A DNA stretch of 64,000 nt from an uncultured Candidatus Binatia bacterium (lineage in GTDB: Bacteria; Desulfobacterota; Binatia; UBA9968; JAJDTQ01): the NCBI GenBank assembly GCA_965213675.1, contig OZ243916.1:1376001-1440000 (forward strand). The letters run 5' to 3'. The notes under the pieces are model-generated. The model saw nothing but the letters and a program-made list of their open reading frames with translations, had not been told where the DNA came from and searched no databases. Of this stretch, positions 49,016 to 58,542 are shown one piece after another. Position 1 is the first letter of the stretch; every line of letters starts with the position of its first letter. A program made the translations under genes and the position numbers.

Positions 49016-49891
49016 ATGGAAAACCGTCGTTACGATTACCAACCCATTACCACCCGGCCCGTGCTCCAGTGGCCGGACGGCGCGCGCGTGGCGGTGTGGG
49101 TGAGCCCCAACATCGAGTACTTCCATTTCGATCAGCCCATCCCCAACTTCGCGATGTCAAAGGTGCCGGACGTGCGCGGCTACGCGCAGCGCGACTACGG
49201 CGCGCGGGTCGGGGTGTTCAGGATGATGGAGGTGCTGGACCGTTACGGCATCCGCGCCAGCGCGCAGTTGAATTCCGAGGTCTGCATCCACCATCGGGAA
49301 ATCATCGAGGAGGGCGTCAAGCGGGACTGGGAGTGGCTGGGGCACGGCGTCACCAACAACCTTCCCCTCACCGCCTACCCCGAGGACCAGGAGCTAACGG
49401 TCATCCGGCAGGTGCGCGACGAGATCGCCGCGGCCACCGGCAAGGCGCCGCGGGGGTGGCTCGGACCCGCGCTGGCCGAAACCTTCGATACCCCCGACCA
49501 CCTGGCCGCCGCGGGCTTCGACTACCTGTGCGACTGGGGTTTCGACGACCAACCGGTGGCCATGCGCGTGAAGTCCGGTCGCATGATCGCCATGCCCTAC
49601 GAGCAGGGGCTGAACGACATCAACTTCTTTCTGCGCTCCAACTACACTCCCGGCGAGTACCTCCGGCAGGTGTGCGACCAGTTCGACGTCCTCTACCGCG
49701 AAGGCGAGCGCAGCGGCACCGTGTTGTGCATTCCGCTGCACCCTTTCATCATCGGCGTGCCGCTGCGCATCAAGTACCTCGACCAGGCGCTGGAGTACAT
49801 CTGCTCCCACGACCGCGTCTGGCTCGCCACCGGAGGCGAAATCGCCGATTGGTACTTCGAGCACTCCTACGAGGATCCCGGCCGGCCGTAG
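49016..49891 (+). CDS. Polysaccharide deacetylase family, PuuE-like (paralog 2)
   Basis: Same motifs as 45805..46710; start uncertain. Confidence 0.88.
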   Translation: MENRRYDYQPITTRPVLQWPDGARVAVWVSPNIEYFHFDQPIPNFAMSKVPDVRGYAQRDYGARVGVFRMMEVLDRYGIRASAQLNSEVCIHHREIIEEGVKRDWEWLGHGVTNNLPLTAYPEDQELTVIRQVRDEIAAATGKAPRGWLGPALAETFDTPDHLAAAGFDYLCDWGFDDQPVAMRVKSGRMIAMPYEQGLNDINFFLRSNYTPGEYLRQVCDQFDVLYREGERSGTVLCIPLHPFIIGVPLRIKYLDQALEYICSHDRVWLATGGEIADWYFEHSYEDPGRP

Positions 49892-49979
49892 GACAGGCTG
49901 CCGGGATTCCGTTTGCCCGCGGAGGGGTTCGCACGGGCGGCGGCGCGATCCGGACTCCGGACGGCGTTCGGAGAGGCGC

Positions 49980-50915
49980 ATGACAGAAACATTCGAGATC
50001 ATCCCGCGGGCGCCGTATTCCTTCGAATTCACCGTCGCGCGCTTCATGCGCTTTGCCACCGAGAATGTGGACGTGATCGAGGACGGCCGCTACCGGCGCC
50101 TGCTGGCCGCCGGACGTCAGCTTGCGCTGGCCACGATCACCGACGCCGGCACGGTGGCCCGGCCGCGACTCATCGTGGCTCTGGACAGTCCTTCCGGGGC
50201 GGCTCTCCGGCCGGATGCGTTCGAGGCGCAGCTTCGCCACATCCTGTGCGCGGACGTCGACCTCCGCCCGTTCTATGGGATGGCGCGCAAGGACGATCTG
50301 CTGGCGCCTTTGGTGAAGCGTTTTCGCGGTCTGCGCGTCGCCGCCAGCCCGACGCTGTTCGAGGCGCTGGTGGTGGCGGTGCTCTCGCAGCAGGTCAACC
50401 TGAACCTCGCCTACTCCATCAAGAAGGCGCTGGTGGAGAGCTTCGGGCGCCGATGGCGCCGGCACGGGCGCGACTGGCACGCCTTTCCCGAGCCACGGCG
50501 GCTCGCCGGCCAGACCCTGGAGACCCTGCGCACTTTCCGGTTGAGCAGCGCCAAGGCGGCCACGCTGATCCGCCTGGGCGAGGCGTTTGCCGGCGGCGCA
50601 CTCGGCGACCTGTCCGCGCATTCGGATGAGGAGATCATCGAGCGGCTGACCGCTCTCAAGGGCATCGGCCGCTGGTCGGCCGAAATCGCGCTGATGCGCG
50701 GACTGGCGCGCCCAGACACCTTTCCGGCCGGGGACTTGGGGGTGGTGAAGTACCTCGCTCAAGGCTTGCTGGGCCGAACCCGCAAGGCCACCGAAGCCGA
50801 GATGCGCGCCTTTGCCGAACGCTGGCGGCCGTTCCGCGCCCTGGCCCTGGCCTACTGCTACGCCGAACTGGCCACGCGCCGCGGCGGCTCCACGCCGGGA
50901 ATCCCGGCCCAGTAG
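49980..50915 (+). CDS. alkA: DNA-3-methyladenine glycosylase II (HhH-GPD)
   Basis: FEALVVAVLSQQV, LKGIGRWSAE, FPAGDLGV, WRPFR. Confidence 0.88.
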   Translation: MTETFEIIPRAPYSFEFTVARFMRFATENVDVIEDGRYRRLLAAGRQLALATITDAGTVARPRLIVALDSPSGAALRPDAFEAQLRHILCADVDLRPFYGMARKDDLLAPLVKRFRGLRVAASPTLFEALVVAVLSQQVNLNLAYSIKKALVESFGRRWRRHGRDWHAFPEPRRLAGQTLETLRTFRLSSAKAATLIRLGEAFAGGALGDLSAHSDEEIIERLTALKGIGRWSAEIALMRGLARPDTFPAGDLGVVKYLAQGLLGRTRKATEAEMRAFAERWRPFRALALAYCYAELATRRGGSTPGIPAQ

Positions 50916-51171
50916 GGACTTCGGGAGCGATCTTCACCCCCTCTTGCGCCGGCGCAAGCGGGTATGGAAGATTCCCGCTTCCGGTGGAGCGAAGGCCCGC
51001 GGGAACCCGCGAATCGCGTGCCGGTCCTGTCTGTGGTATGTACCGCACGAGAGGGCCTGGAAGGCTACAGCTTCGAAGGCTCCACAATCAGGCTTCACTC
51101 ACACGGGACGCCAAACCAGTTCCGACCGACTCCCTATGTGGCCTATCCCGGCCCCAACCCGCGCGAACGAC

Positions 51172-52299
51172 ATGTCGACCCGGCCCGACGATCCCCGCAA
51201 CACCGGCCTCAGCCTTTCCATCATCGTGCCGACGTTTCGTGAGGCGGCCAACGTGGCGCCGCTGGCCGAAGGCATCCGCACCGCCCTGTCCGCCAGCGGC
51301 ATCGAGTGGGAGCTGCTGCTTGTGGACGACGATTCGGACGACGGCAGCGAGGAAGTCGTGGCGGAACTGGCCCGGCGCCTGCCCGTGCGCATGGTGGTGC
51401 GGCGGGACGCGCCCCGGGACCTTTCCCTGGCGGTCATCGAAGGCATGCGCCTGGCGCGCTTCGACAATCTGGTGGTGATGGACGCGGACCTTTCGCATCC
51501 GCCCGAGCGCATCGCCGAACTGCTGGCGGCCCTCGACAGCGGCTGTGACATGGTCCTGGGAAGCCGCTATGCGCCGGGCGGCGCGGTGGACGAGTCCTGG
51601 AGTTTCTACCGCGTGTTGAACTCGCGGCTGGCCACCTGGATGGCGCGCCCGCTGGTCCAGTGCGCCGATCCCATGTCGGGCTTTTTCGCCACCCGGCGCA
51701 GCGCGTTGCCGGAACTGCTCACGCTGCGGCCCATGGGATACAAGATCGCGCTGGAACTCATCGTGCGCGGCGGTCTTCGGGTGCGCGAGGTGCCCATCGA
51801 CTTCCGCGACCGTAGCGCGGGTGCGAGCAAGATGAACTGGCGCCAGCAACTCCGGTTCCTGCGTCACCTCTCCAGGCTCTACAACTACCGGTTCGGGACC
51901 TTGGCCCGGGTGCCGCTGTTCGGCGCGGTGGGCGCCAGCGGGCTCGCCGTCGATCTGGCCTGCTATCTCGGCCTTCAGTGGGCCGGTGTCGAGCACCGCC
52001 TGGCGCGCTTCCTGTCGTTCTGGCCCGCGGTGAGCTGGAATTGGGCGCTCAACCGCGGCTTCACCTTCAGCGAGCGCGCGCGGCAGCCGCACCTGGGCCA
52101 ATGGGCGCGATTCACGGCCAGCAGCCTCGTGGGCCTCGGGGCGAACGTCGGCGGCTACGCGCTGCTCACGAGCTACGTGGATGTGTTCGAGCGCCACCGC
52201 CTGGCCGCTTTCTTTCTCGGCGTGGGCCTCGGCGCGCTGGTGAACTTCGTGGTCGCCGATCTATACGTCTACCAGAAGCGCCCGGACTCGGCGCGCTGA
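51172..52299 (+). CDS. Polyprenol-phosphate mannose synthase (DPM1/Ppm1-like GT2) fused to a GtrA-like domain
   Basis: SIIVPTFRE, VDDDSDDGS, MDADLSHPP, GSRY, DPMSGF, GYKI, EVPIDFRDR..GASKM; C-terminal GtrA-like FGAVGASG...NWALNRGFTF. Confidence 0.88.
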   Translation: MSTRPDDPRNTGLSLSIIVPTFREAANVAPLAEGIRTALSASGIEWELLLVDDDSDDGSEEVVAELARRLPVRMVVRRDAPRDLSLAVIEGMRLARFDNLVVMDADLSHPPERIAELLAALDSGCDMVLGSRYAPGGAVDESWSFYRVLNSRLATWMARPLVQCADPMSGFFATRRSALPELLTLRPMGYKIALELIVRGGLRVREVPIDFRDRSAGASKMNWRQQLRFLRHLSRLYNYRFGTLARVPLFGAVGASGLAVDLACYLGLQWAGVEHRLARFLSFWPAVSWNWALNRGFTFSERARQPHLGQWARFTASSLVGLGANVGGYALLTSYVDVFERHRLAAFFLGVGLGALVNFVVADLYVYQKRPDSAR

Positions 52300-52394
52300 T
52301 GCCGCGGACCGGACGGGTTTATCAGGACCCCCCGGGAGCCGGGCATTGCGGATGACCGGGCCGGGACGCACGCTCCCACACCCTCAAGCAACCG

Positions 52395-54926
52395 ATGGCG
52401 GCAAAAGGCAAAGGCAGACAACACACACCCCTGGATTCCACTCGCGACGGCAGGCCGAAAGCGGCCGCGGAGATCGCCGGTCCGCCCGCGGCCGGAGCAG
52501 GCGCGCCCCACGGGTCTTCACGCCGTCACGCGCTGACCGTGCTGGGACTCGGCCTTCTCGTGCTGGTGAGCTATTTCCCCGCGCTTTCGGGCGGCTTTGT
52601 CTGGGACGACGTGATCTTCTCCGAGGAGCCCGTGCTCCAGCGCTGGTCCGGCCTCTGGAGCGTGTGGTTCGCGCCCGCGGACATCAAGAACGAGGGACAC
52701 TACTGGCCCATCGTCTATTCGAGCTTCTGGCTGGAGCACAAGCTGTGGGGCCTCGCGCCGATGGGGTACCACATCGTCAACCTCCTGTTGCACTGGGTCA
52801 ACACCCTGCTCGTGTGGCGTCTGCTCGCGCGCCTGAGCGTGCCCGGGGCGCTGGCCACGGCCGTGGTGTTCGCCGTGCACCCGCTTCACGTCGAGTCGGT
52901 GGCTTGGCTCATCGAGCGCAAGGACCTCTTGTCGGGGTTGTTCTACTTCGCCGCCGCGCTCGCCTGGATGCGCTTCGTCGAAACCCCGAACCGGTGGAAC
53001 TACGGTCTCGCGTTGGGGTTCTACGTTGCCGCCATGCTCTCCAAGTCGGTGGCGGTGACCCTGCCGGTGGCGCTGCTGATCTGGCACTGGTGGCAGCGGG
53101 AACGGATCACCGCCGCCGACCTTGCGCGGCTGGTGCCCTTCTTCGTGATCGGACTCGCCATCACCGGCGCCGACTACCTGTACTACAGCGGGCGGGAACC
53201 GCTGGACCTGGGCTACTCGCTCGTCGAACGGGTCCTCATCGCATCCCGCGCCCTGTGCTTCTACGTCGGAAAGCTCCTGTGGCCCACGGACCTGGCGGTG
53301 ATCTACCCCGTGTGGGACGTGGGCGCCGGCAACCCGCTGGCCTGGGCCTACGCGGCGGCGGTGGCGGCCACGGCCGCGCTCCTGTGGCTGGGCCGGCGGC
53401 GCAGCCGGGCGCCCCTCGCCGCCGCGCTGTTCTACGCCGTGACGCTGGCGCCCGTGCTGGGTTTCATCGACTATGGCTACATGCAGTTCGCCTTCGCCGC
53501 GGACCGCTTTCAGTACGTGGCGGGCCTGGGCGTCATGGCGTTTCTCGTCGGCGCCGCCGCGTGGGGGGCGCGCCGGCTGTCCCCGACCCTCGCCCTCACC
53601 GCCCGCGGCGCGTTCGCCGCCGGCGTGGCGGCGCTGGCGGCGTTGAGCTGGACGCAGTCGGGGATCTACCGGGACGAGGTCGCCTTCTTCGGCCACATCG
53701 CCGCGCGCAACCCCGCGGCGCGGGACGCCTACCTGAACCTCAGCAGCGCACTATTCAAGCGGGACCGTTTCGAAGAGGGTCTCGCCGCCAGCCGCCGCGC
53801 CCTTGAGATTCGCCCGGACTCGGCCAAGGCGCTGTCCAACGTCGGGCACGGACTGTTGACCCGCGGTGACTTCGACGAGGCCGAATCGTACCTCAAGCGC
53901 GCCGTGAAGATCGACCCGCGCCACGTCGCGGCGCACCAGAACCTGGGCGAGGTGCTGCGCAAGACGAAGCGCCACGAGGAGGCGTTGTCGTCGTATCGTA
54001 CGGTGCTTCGGATCGACACGGACTACGCCCTGGCCCACAGCGGCATGGCCGCCGCGCTGTACGAGTTGAAGCGTTACGAGGAGGCTGCTTCGACGATGGC
54101 GAAGTCCCTGTCCCTGGACCCGGACACGTCCCAGGCAGCCGGGCAGCATCGCTTGATCGGGATGGCGCTCCAGGCCTCGGGCAAGCCGCGCGAGGCGGAA
54201 ACGTATCTCCGTCGGGCCATGGAACTGGCGCCGCACAAGACGGAGTACCTGCTGGCGCTGGCGCTCCTGCTTCGCGAGCAACAGCGTGGCGCGGAAGCCG
54301 ACGAACTTCTCGATCGGGCCAAGGCGCGGTCGAGGAACGATGTCGTCGGTCTCCACAACGTCGCGGAGGCGCTGCGGCTCCAGGGCCGACACGCCAGCGC
54401 CATGGAGTCCTATCGCGCCGCCCTGGCCGTCGAGCCGGAGTTTGCTCCAGCGCACGCCGGGCTGGGGATTGCGCTATTCCGGACCGGGAAGCACGCCGAT
54501 GCCATCGACGCCATGGCGCGGGCGCTCCGGTTGAAGGCCGATCTGCCGGTGGCGCCCACGCTGCGCATCCTGATGGCCCGCGCCCACGAAGCCATGGGCG
54601 ACACCGCGCGCGCGGGGCAGGTCCTTGAACGCGCCCTCGAACACGACCCCAGCCACGAGGAAGCGCTCGATCGGCTGGCGCTGATGCGCTTTGGACAGAA
54701 ACGCTACGGCGAAGCCCTGAGACTCTACCGGAAACTGCTCGAACTCGTTCCCGACGCGGCGCAGCACCACTCCAATCTTGGCGCCACCCTGTATCACCTG
54801 GGGCAGACCCGCGAGGCCCTGGCGAGCTTCGAGCGCGCCCTTGCCCTGAAACCCGACCTGAAGATGGCGCAGCGGGGCGTGGCCGACATGCGCCGGCTCC
54901 TGGCCCGATCCCGGAAACAACCCTGA
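52395..54926 (+). CDS. TMTC-like GT-C membrane glycosyltransferase with long TPR array
   Basis: GFVWDD, HYWP, YHIVNLLLH, HPLHVESVAWLIERKD, LSKS, ADRFQY; ~400 aa of TPRs. Confidence 0.82.
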   Translation: MAAKGKGRQHTPLDSTRDGRPKAAAEIAGPPAAGAGAPHGSSRRHALTVLGLGLLVLVSYFPALSGGFVWDDVIFSEEPVLQRWSGLWSVWFAPADIKNEGHYWPIVYSSFWLEHKLWGLAPMGYHIVNLLLHWVNTLLVWRLLARLSVPGALATAVVFAVHPLHVESVAWLIERKDLLSGLFYFAAALAWMRFVETPNRWNYGLALGFYVAAMLSKSVAVTLPVALLIWHWWQRERITAADLARLVPFFVIGLAITGADYLYYSGREPLDLGYSLVERVLIASRALCFYVGKLLWPTDLAVIYPVWDVGAGNPLAWAYAAAVAATAALLWLGRRRSRAPLAAALFYAVTLAPVLGFIDYGYMQFAFAADRFQYVAGLGVMAFLVGAAAWGARRLSPTLALTARGAFAAGVAALAALSWTQSGIYRDEVAFFGHIAARNPAARDAYLNLSSALFKRDRFEEGLAASRRALEIRPDSAKALSNVGHGLLTRGDFDEAESYLKRAVKIDPRHVAAHQNLGEVLRKTKRHEEALSSYRTVLRIDTDYALAHSGMAAALYELKRYEEAASTMAKSLSLDPDTSQAAGQHRLIGMALQASGKPREAETYLRRAMELAPHKTEYLLALALLLREQQRGAEADELLDRAKARSRNDVVGLHNVAEALRLQGRHASAMESYRAALAVEPEFAPAHAGLGIALFRTGKHADAIDAMARALRLKADLPVAPTLRILMARAHEAMGDTARAGQVLERALEHDPSHEEALDRLALMRFGQKRYGEALRLYRKLLELVPDAAQHHSNLGATLYHLGQTREALASFERALALKPDLKMAQRGVADMRRLLARSRKQP

Positions 54927-54978
54927 CCGGCCGGCAAACCGACGACTCTACCGGCCAACCGACGCCGCCATTCGCGCC

Positions 54979-56955
54979 ATGAAGAGAGAAAAGGCCAAGC
55001 CGAGCCGTGGCGCGAAGACGACGCCGGAAGAAGCCCCGCAAGCGACGGGTGCGCCCGAGACCCGTCGGGCCCCGAGCCTGCCCTCCCGCGCCGACGCCCT
55101 CGCGACCGCGACGCTGGGCCTGTTGATCGCGGTCAGCTACTTTCCCGCGACCCGGTTGGGCTTCGTTTGGGACGATGTGATCATCACGACCCTGCCGGCG
55201 ATCCAGGACTGGCAAGGACTATGGGATTTGTGGTTTGCGCCGGCCAGCGCCTACCGGAAGGGCTTCATCGGCGAGGACCACTATTGGCCGGTGCTCTATA
55301 CAACCTTCTGGCTGGAACACAAGCTCTGGGGGTTCGCCCCGGCCGGTTACCATATCGTCAACCTGGTCCTTCACCTCATCAACACGGTGTTGTTGTGGCG
55401 TCTGTTCCTGCGGCTGGCCGTGCCCGGCGCGTGGTGGGTGGCCGCGATCTTCGCGGTGCATCCCCTGCACGTGGAGTCCGTCGCCTGGGTCATCGCCCGA
55501 AAGGATCTCCTCGCGACCCTGTTCTATCTTGCCGCCTTCGCCGTCTGGCTCCGCTTCGTCGGGGCGCCGCGCATCGGGCGCTACGTCGCGGTGATGGTCC
55601 TGTTCGCCGCGGGGATGCTGTCCAAGTCCATCGTGGTCACGTTTCCGGCCGCGCTGTTGATCTGGCACTGGTGGAAGGCGGGACGGGTCACCGGGCCGGA
55701 CCTGATCCGGCTGGTTCCTCTGTTCCTTCTCGCCGCGGCCCTGGCCGCCCTCGACCTGGCCATCTATCAGAAGGTGAACCTCTCCTTCGACTACACCTTG
55801 ACCGAGCGGGCGCTGATGGCGGCGCATTCCCTGTGGTTCTACGCCGGAAAGCTCCTGTTCCCGGTTCACCTGGCAGTCCTCTATCCGCCGTGGGATCTGG
55901 CGGGTGCGCCGGCTTGGGGCTATCTCGCGGCCGCGGCGGCCGCATTGGCGTCCCTCTGGCTCCTGCGCCGGCGCGTGGGGCGAGGTCCCCTGGCCTGCGC
56001 GCTGTTCTTCGGGCTCACACTGTCGCCCGTCCTGGGCTTCGTGGACTTTGGCTACATGAACGTTTCCTTCGCCGCGGACCGCTACCAGTACCTGGCGGGA
56101 GCCGGCGTGCTCATGCTCGTGGCGGGCGGCGCCGCGCGCGGGGCGGAGCGCCTTCGGGGAGCCGCGAAAACGGCTGCCACGGCCGCGGCCGGCGTCGTGC
56201 TGGCGCTCCTGGCAACGGGCGTCTGGCTTCAGTGCGGCGTCTACCAGAATGACCTTACGCTCTTCCGCCATGCCGCCGCCACCCACCCGGACTCCTGGGC
56301 CGCCCACAGCCGCGCCGGCGCGGAGACCCTCAAGAGAAAGCGCTACGACGAGGCCGAGCGCCACTTCCGGCGCTCCCTGGAACTCCGCTCGCACGACGCC
56401 ACCGGGCGGCACCGCCGCGACACCCTTCAGAACATCGCCGAAACGCTGCGCATGCGCGGGCGACATGCCGAGGCCCTGGCGACCTACCGGGCCGCAAGCG
56501 CGGAAGACCCCGGGTACGCCCTGGCCCATCTCGGGATGGGTGCGGCACTGTTCAATCTGCGCCGCTACGACGAAGCCGTGGCCGCTCTGGAGCGGGCGCG
56601 GATTCTCGGTCTGCAACCGGCCAGGGACGCGGCCATCCGGCGGCTCCTGGCGCAGGCCCTCGATCGCGCCGCCCATTCACGATTCACCGGCCAACGCTAC
56701 CAGGAGGCCCTCGAACTGTATCGCAAGCGGATAGCCCTCGAACCCGGCCATGCCGAACCCCACGCCAACGCGGGCGCGGCGCTCTTCTATCTGGGCCGGC
56801 TCGACGAGGCCCTTCGAAGCTTCGAGCGCGCGCTGACGCTGAAACCGGACCTGGAGTCGGCCCGTTCCGGACGGGAAGCCGCGCTGCGACGCCTCCGGCA
56901 AGGCGGGGGGAGTGGTCAGGTACGGGAGCGGCCGGGCGGGTCCGCGCGGCCGTAG
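54979..56955 (+). CDS. TMTC-like GT-C membrane glycosyltransferase with shorter TPR array
   Basis: GFVWDD, HYWP, HPLHVESVAWVIARKD, LSKS, ADRYQY; ~220 aa of TPRs. Confidence 0.82.
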   Translation: MKREKAKPSRGAKTTPEEAPQATGAPETRRAPSLPSRADALATATLGLLIAVSYFPATRLGFVWDDVIITTLPAIQDWQGLWDLWFAPASAYRKGFIGEDHYWPVLYTTFWLEHKLWGFAPAGYHIVNLVLHLINTVLLWRLFLRLAVPGAWWVAAIFAVHPLHVESVAWVIARKDLLATLFYLAAFAVWLRFVGAPRIGRYVAVMVLFAAGMLSKSIVVTFPAALLIWHWWKAGRVTGPDLIRLVPLFLLAAALAALDLAIYQKVNLSFDYTLTERALMAAHSLWFYAGKLLFPVHLAVLYPPWDLAGAPAWGYLAAAAAALASLWLLRRRVGRGPLACALFFGLTLSPVLGFVDFGYMNVSFAADRYQYLAGAGVLMLVAGGAARGAERLRGAAKTAATAAAGVVLALLATGVWLQCGVYQNDLTLFRHAAATHPDSWAAHSRAGAETLKRKRYDEAERHFRRSLELRSHDATGRHRRDTLQNIAETLRMRGRHAEALATYRAASAEDPGYALAHLGMGAALFNLRRYDEAVAALERARILGLQPARDAAIRRLLAQALDRAAHSRFTGQRYQEALELYRKRIALEPGHAEPHANAGAALFYLGRLDEALRSFERALTLKPDLESARSGREAALRRLRQGGGSGQVRERPGGSARP

Positions 56956-58373
56956 ACATCTTCGTAACGAACGATGTCGTCTTCTTCCAGATAACCGCCG
57001 GTCTGCACTTCGATCACTTCCAGCGGATCCACGCCGGGATTCGCCAGCCGGTGTTTCGTTCCCAGGGGAATGAAAATGGACTGGTTCTCGGCAAGGGTGA
57101 CGGTCTCCTCGCCCCGCGTCACCCGCGCCGTTCCACGCACCACCACCCAGTGCTCGGCGCGTTGGCGGTGGGACTGCAGCGACAGGGACTGGCCGGGTTG
57201 GACAACGATGTGCTTGACCTTGAAGCCCTGGCCCGCGTGAACCGAATCGAAGGTGCCCCAGGGACGGCGCACCTTGCGGTGGTCGTGGTGTTCTTCCCGG
57301 CCCTCCGAACGGAGCCGCGCCACCACCCGGCCCGTGTCCTGAGCCGTATCCCGCCGCGCCACCAGCAGCGCGTCGGCCGTATCCACGATGACGAGGTCGG
57401 ACACGCCCACCGCGGCCACCAGGCGTTTGCCGCCGCGTACGTAGGTGTCCCGGACCCCCTCCAGGAGCGCGTCGCCCCGAACCACGTTGCCGTCGCCGTC
57501 CGCTGGCGCGAGATCGGCCAGCGCCGCCCAGGAACCGACATCGGACCACCCGGCGTCGAGCGGGATCATCACCGCGTTGGATGTGCGCTCCATGACCGCG
57601 CGGTCCACGGCGATGGCCGGGCAACGCGAGAAGGCGTCCGCATCCAGCCAGCGATAGCCCGCGCGCGCCACCGCCTTGCCGTAGGCGTGCGCCGCGGCGT
57701 CGCGCACGGCGGGCGCGTGAACGCCCAGGTCCGTGAGGTACCGTGCAGCCGCGAATACGAACATGCCGCTGTTCCAGTAGTGACCGCCCGCCGCCAGACA
57801 GGCGGCGGCTCCGGCAGCGTCGGGCTTTTCCACAAACCGGTCCACCCGGCAGCCGTGCGCGCTGACGCCGGTGGCGGCGCCCGCCTTGATGTACCCGTAA
57901 CCGGTCTCGGCGCGGTTCGGAACCACGCCGAAGGTCACGAGATGCCCGGCGGCGGCTTCGCGGACGGCGGCGCGAACGGCGCGGGCGAATCGGAGCGCGT
58001 CACGGATCACGTGGTCCGCCGGCAGCACCAGCAGGACGGGCACCTCGCCGTCGCCCGCGAGGTCGAGCGCCTGCAGCGCCGCCGCCGCAATGGCGGGCGC
58101 GGTGTTCCTCCCGGCCGGCTCCAGCAGTACCGCCGTGGTTGCCACATGGATCGCGTCGAGTTGTCCGGACACCATGAACCGGTGCGACTCGTTGCACACC
58201 ACGATGGGCGGGCGCGACTCCTCGATCAGCGCCAAACGCCTGGCGGTGGCTTGCAGCAAGGTGTGCTCTTCCACCAGCGGAATGAACTGTTTGGGATGGC
58301 GCTCCCGGGACAGGGGCCAGAGCCGTGTGCCAGCGCCGCCGGAAAGAATGACGGGGAACAGAACGTGACGCAT
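56916..58373 (-). CDS. manC: Mannose-1-phosphate guanylyltransferase/mannose-6-phosphate isomerase
   Basis: GGAGTRLWPLSR, EPAGRNTAPA, FVEKP, WSDVGSW, RPWG, SLQSHRQRAEHW, EDDIVRYED. Confidence 0.95.
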   Translation of the reverse strand: MRHVLFPVILSGGAGTRLWPLSRERHPKQFIPLVEEHTLLQATARRLALIEESRPPIVVCNESHRFMVSGQLDAIHVATTAVLLEPAGRNTAPAIAAAALQALDLAGDGEVPVLLVLPADHVIRDALRFARAVRAAVREAAAGHLVTFGVVPNRAETGYGYIKAGAATGVSAHGCRVDRFVEKPDAAGAAACLAAGGHYWNSGMFVFAAARYLTDLGVHAPAVRDAAAHAYGKAVARAGYRWLDADAFSRCPAIAVDRAVMERTSNAVMIPLDAGWSDVGSWAALADLAPADGDGNVVRGDALLEGVRDTYVRGGKRLVAAVGVSDLVIVDTADALLVARRDTAQDTGRVVARLRSEGREEHHDHRKVRRPWGTFDSVHAGQGFKVKHIVVQPGQSLSLQSHRQRAEHWVVVRGTARVTRGEETVTLAENQSIFIPLGTKHRLANPGVDPLEVIEVQTGGYLEEDDIVRYEDVYGRADPPGRSRT

Positions 58374-58542
58374 CTGGGCAAACTCGATTCACGGGTCCAC
58401 GCTTGTGGGGCCTTGGACTACACCCGAGAGAGGGCAGGCGCAAACGGTCTCCGAGATCCGCAGGGAGCTTGCGCCTCACCGGCACTGCCGGAGGGAAACC
58501 GGACTCTTGAATGGATCTGGAAGCCGTGCGCCCGAAAGGACG

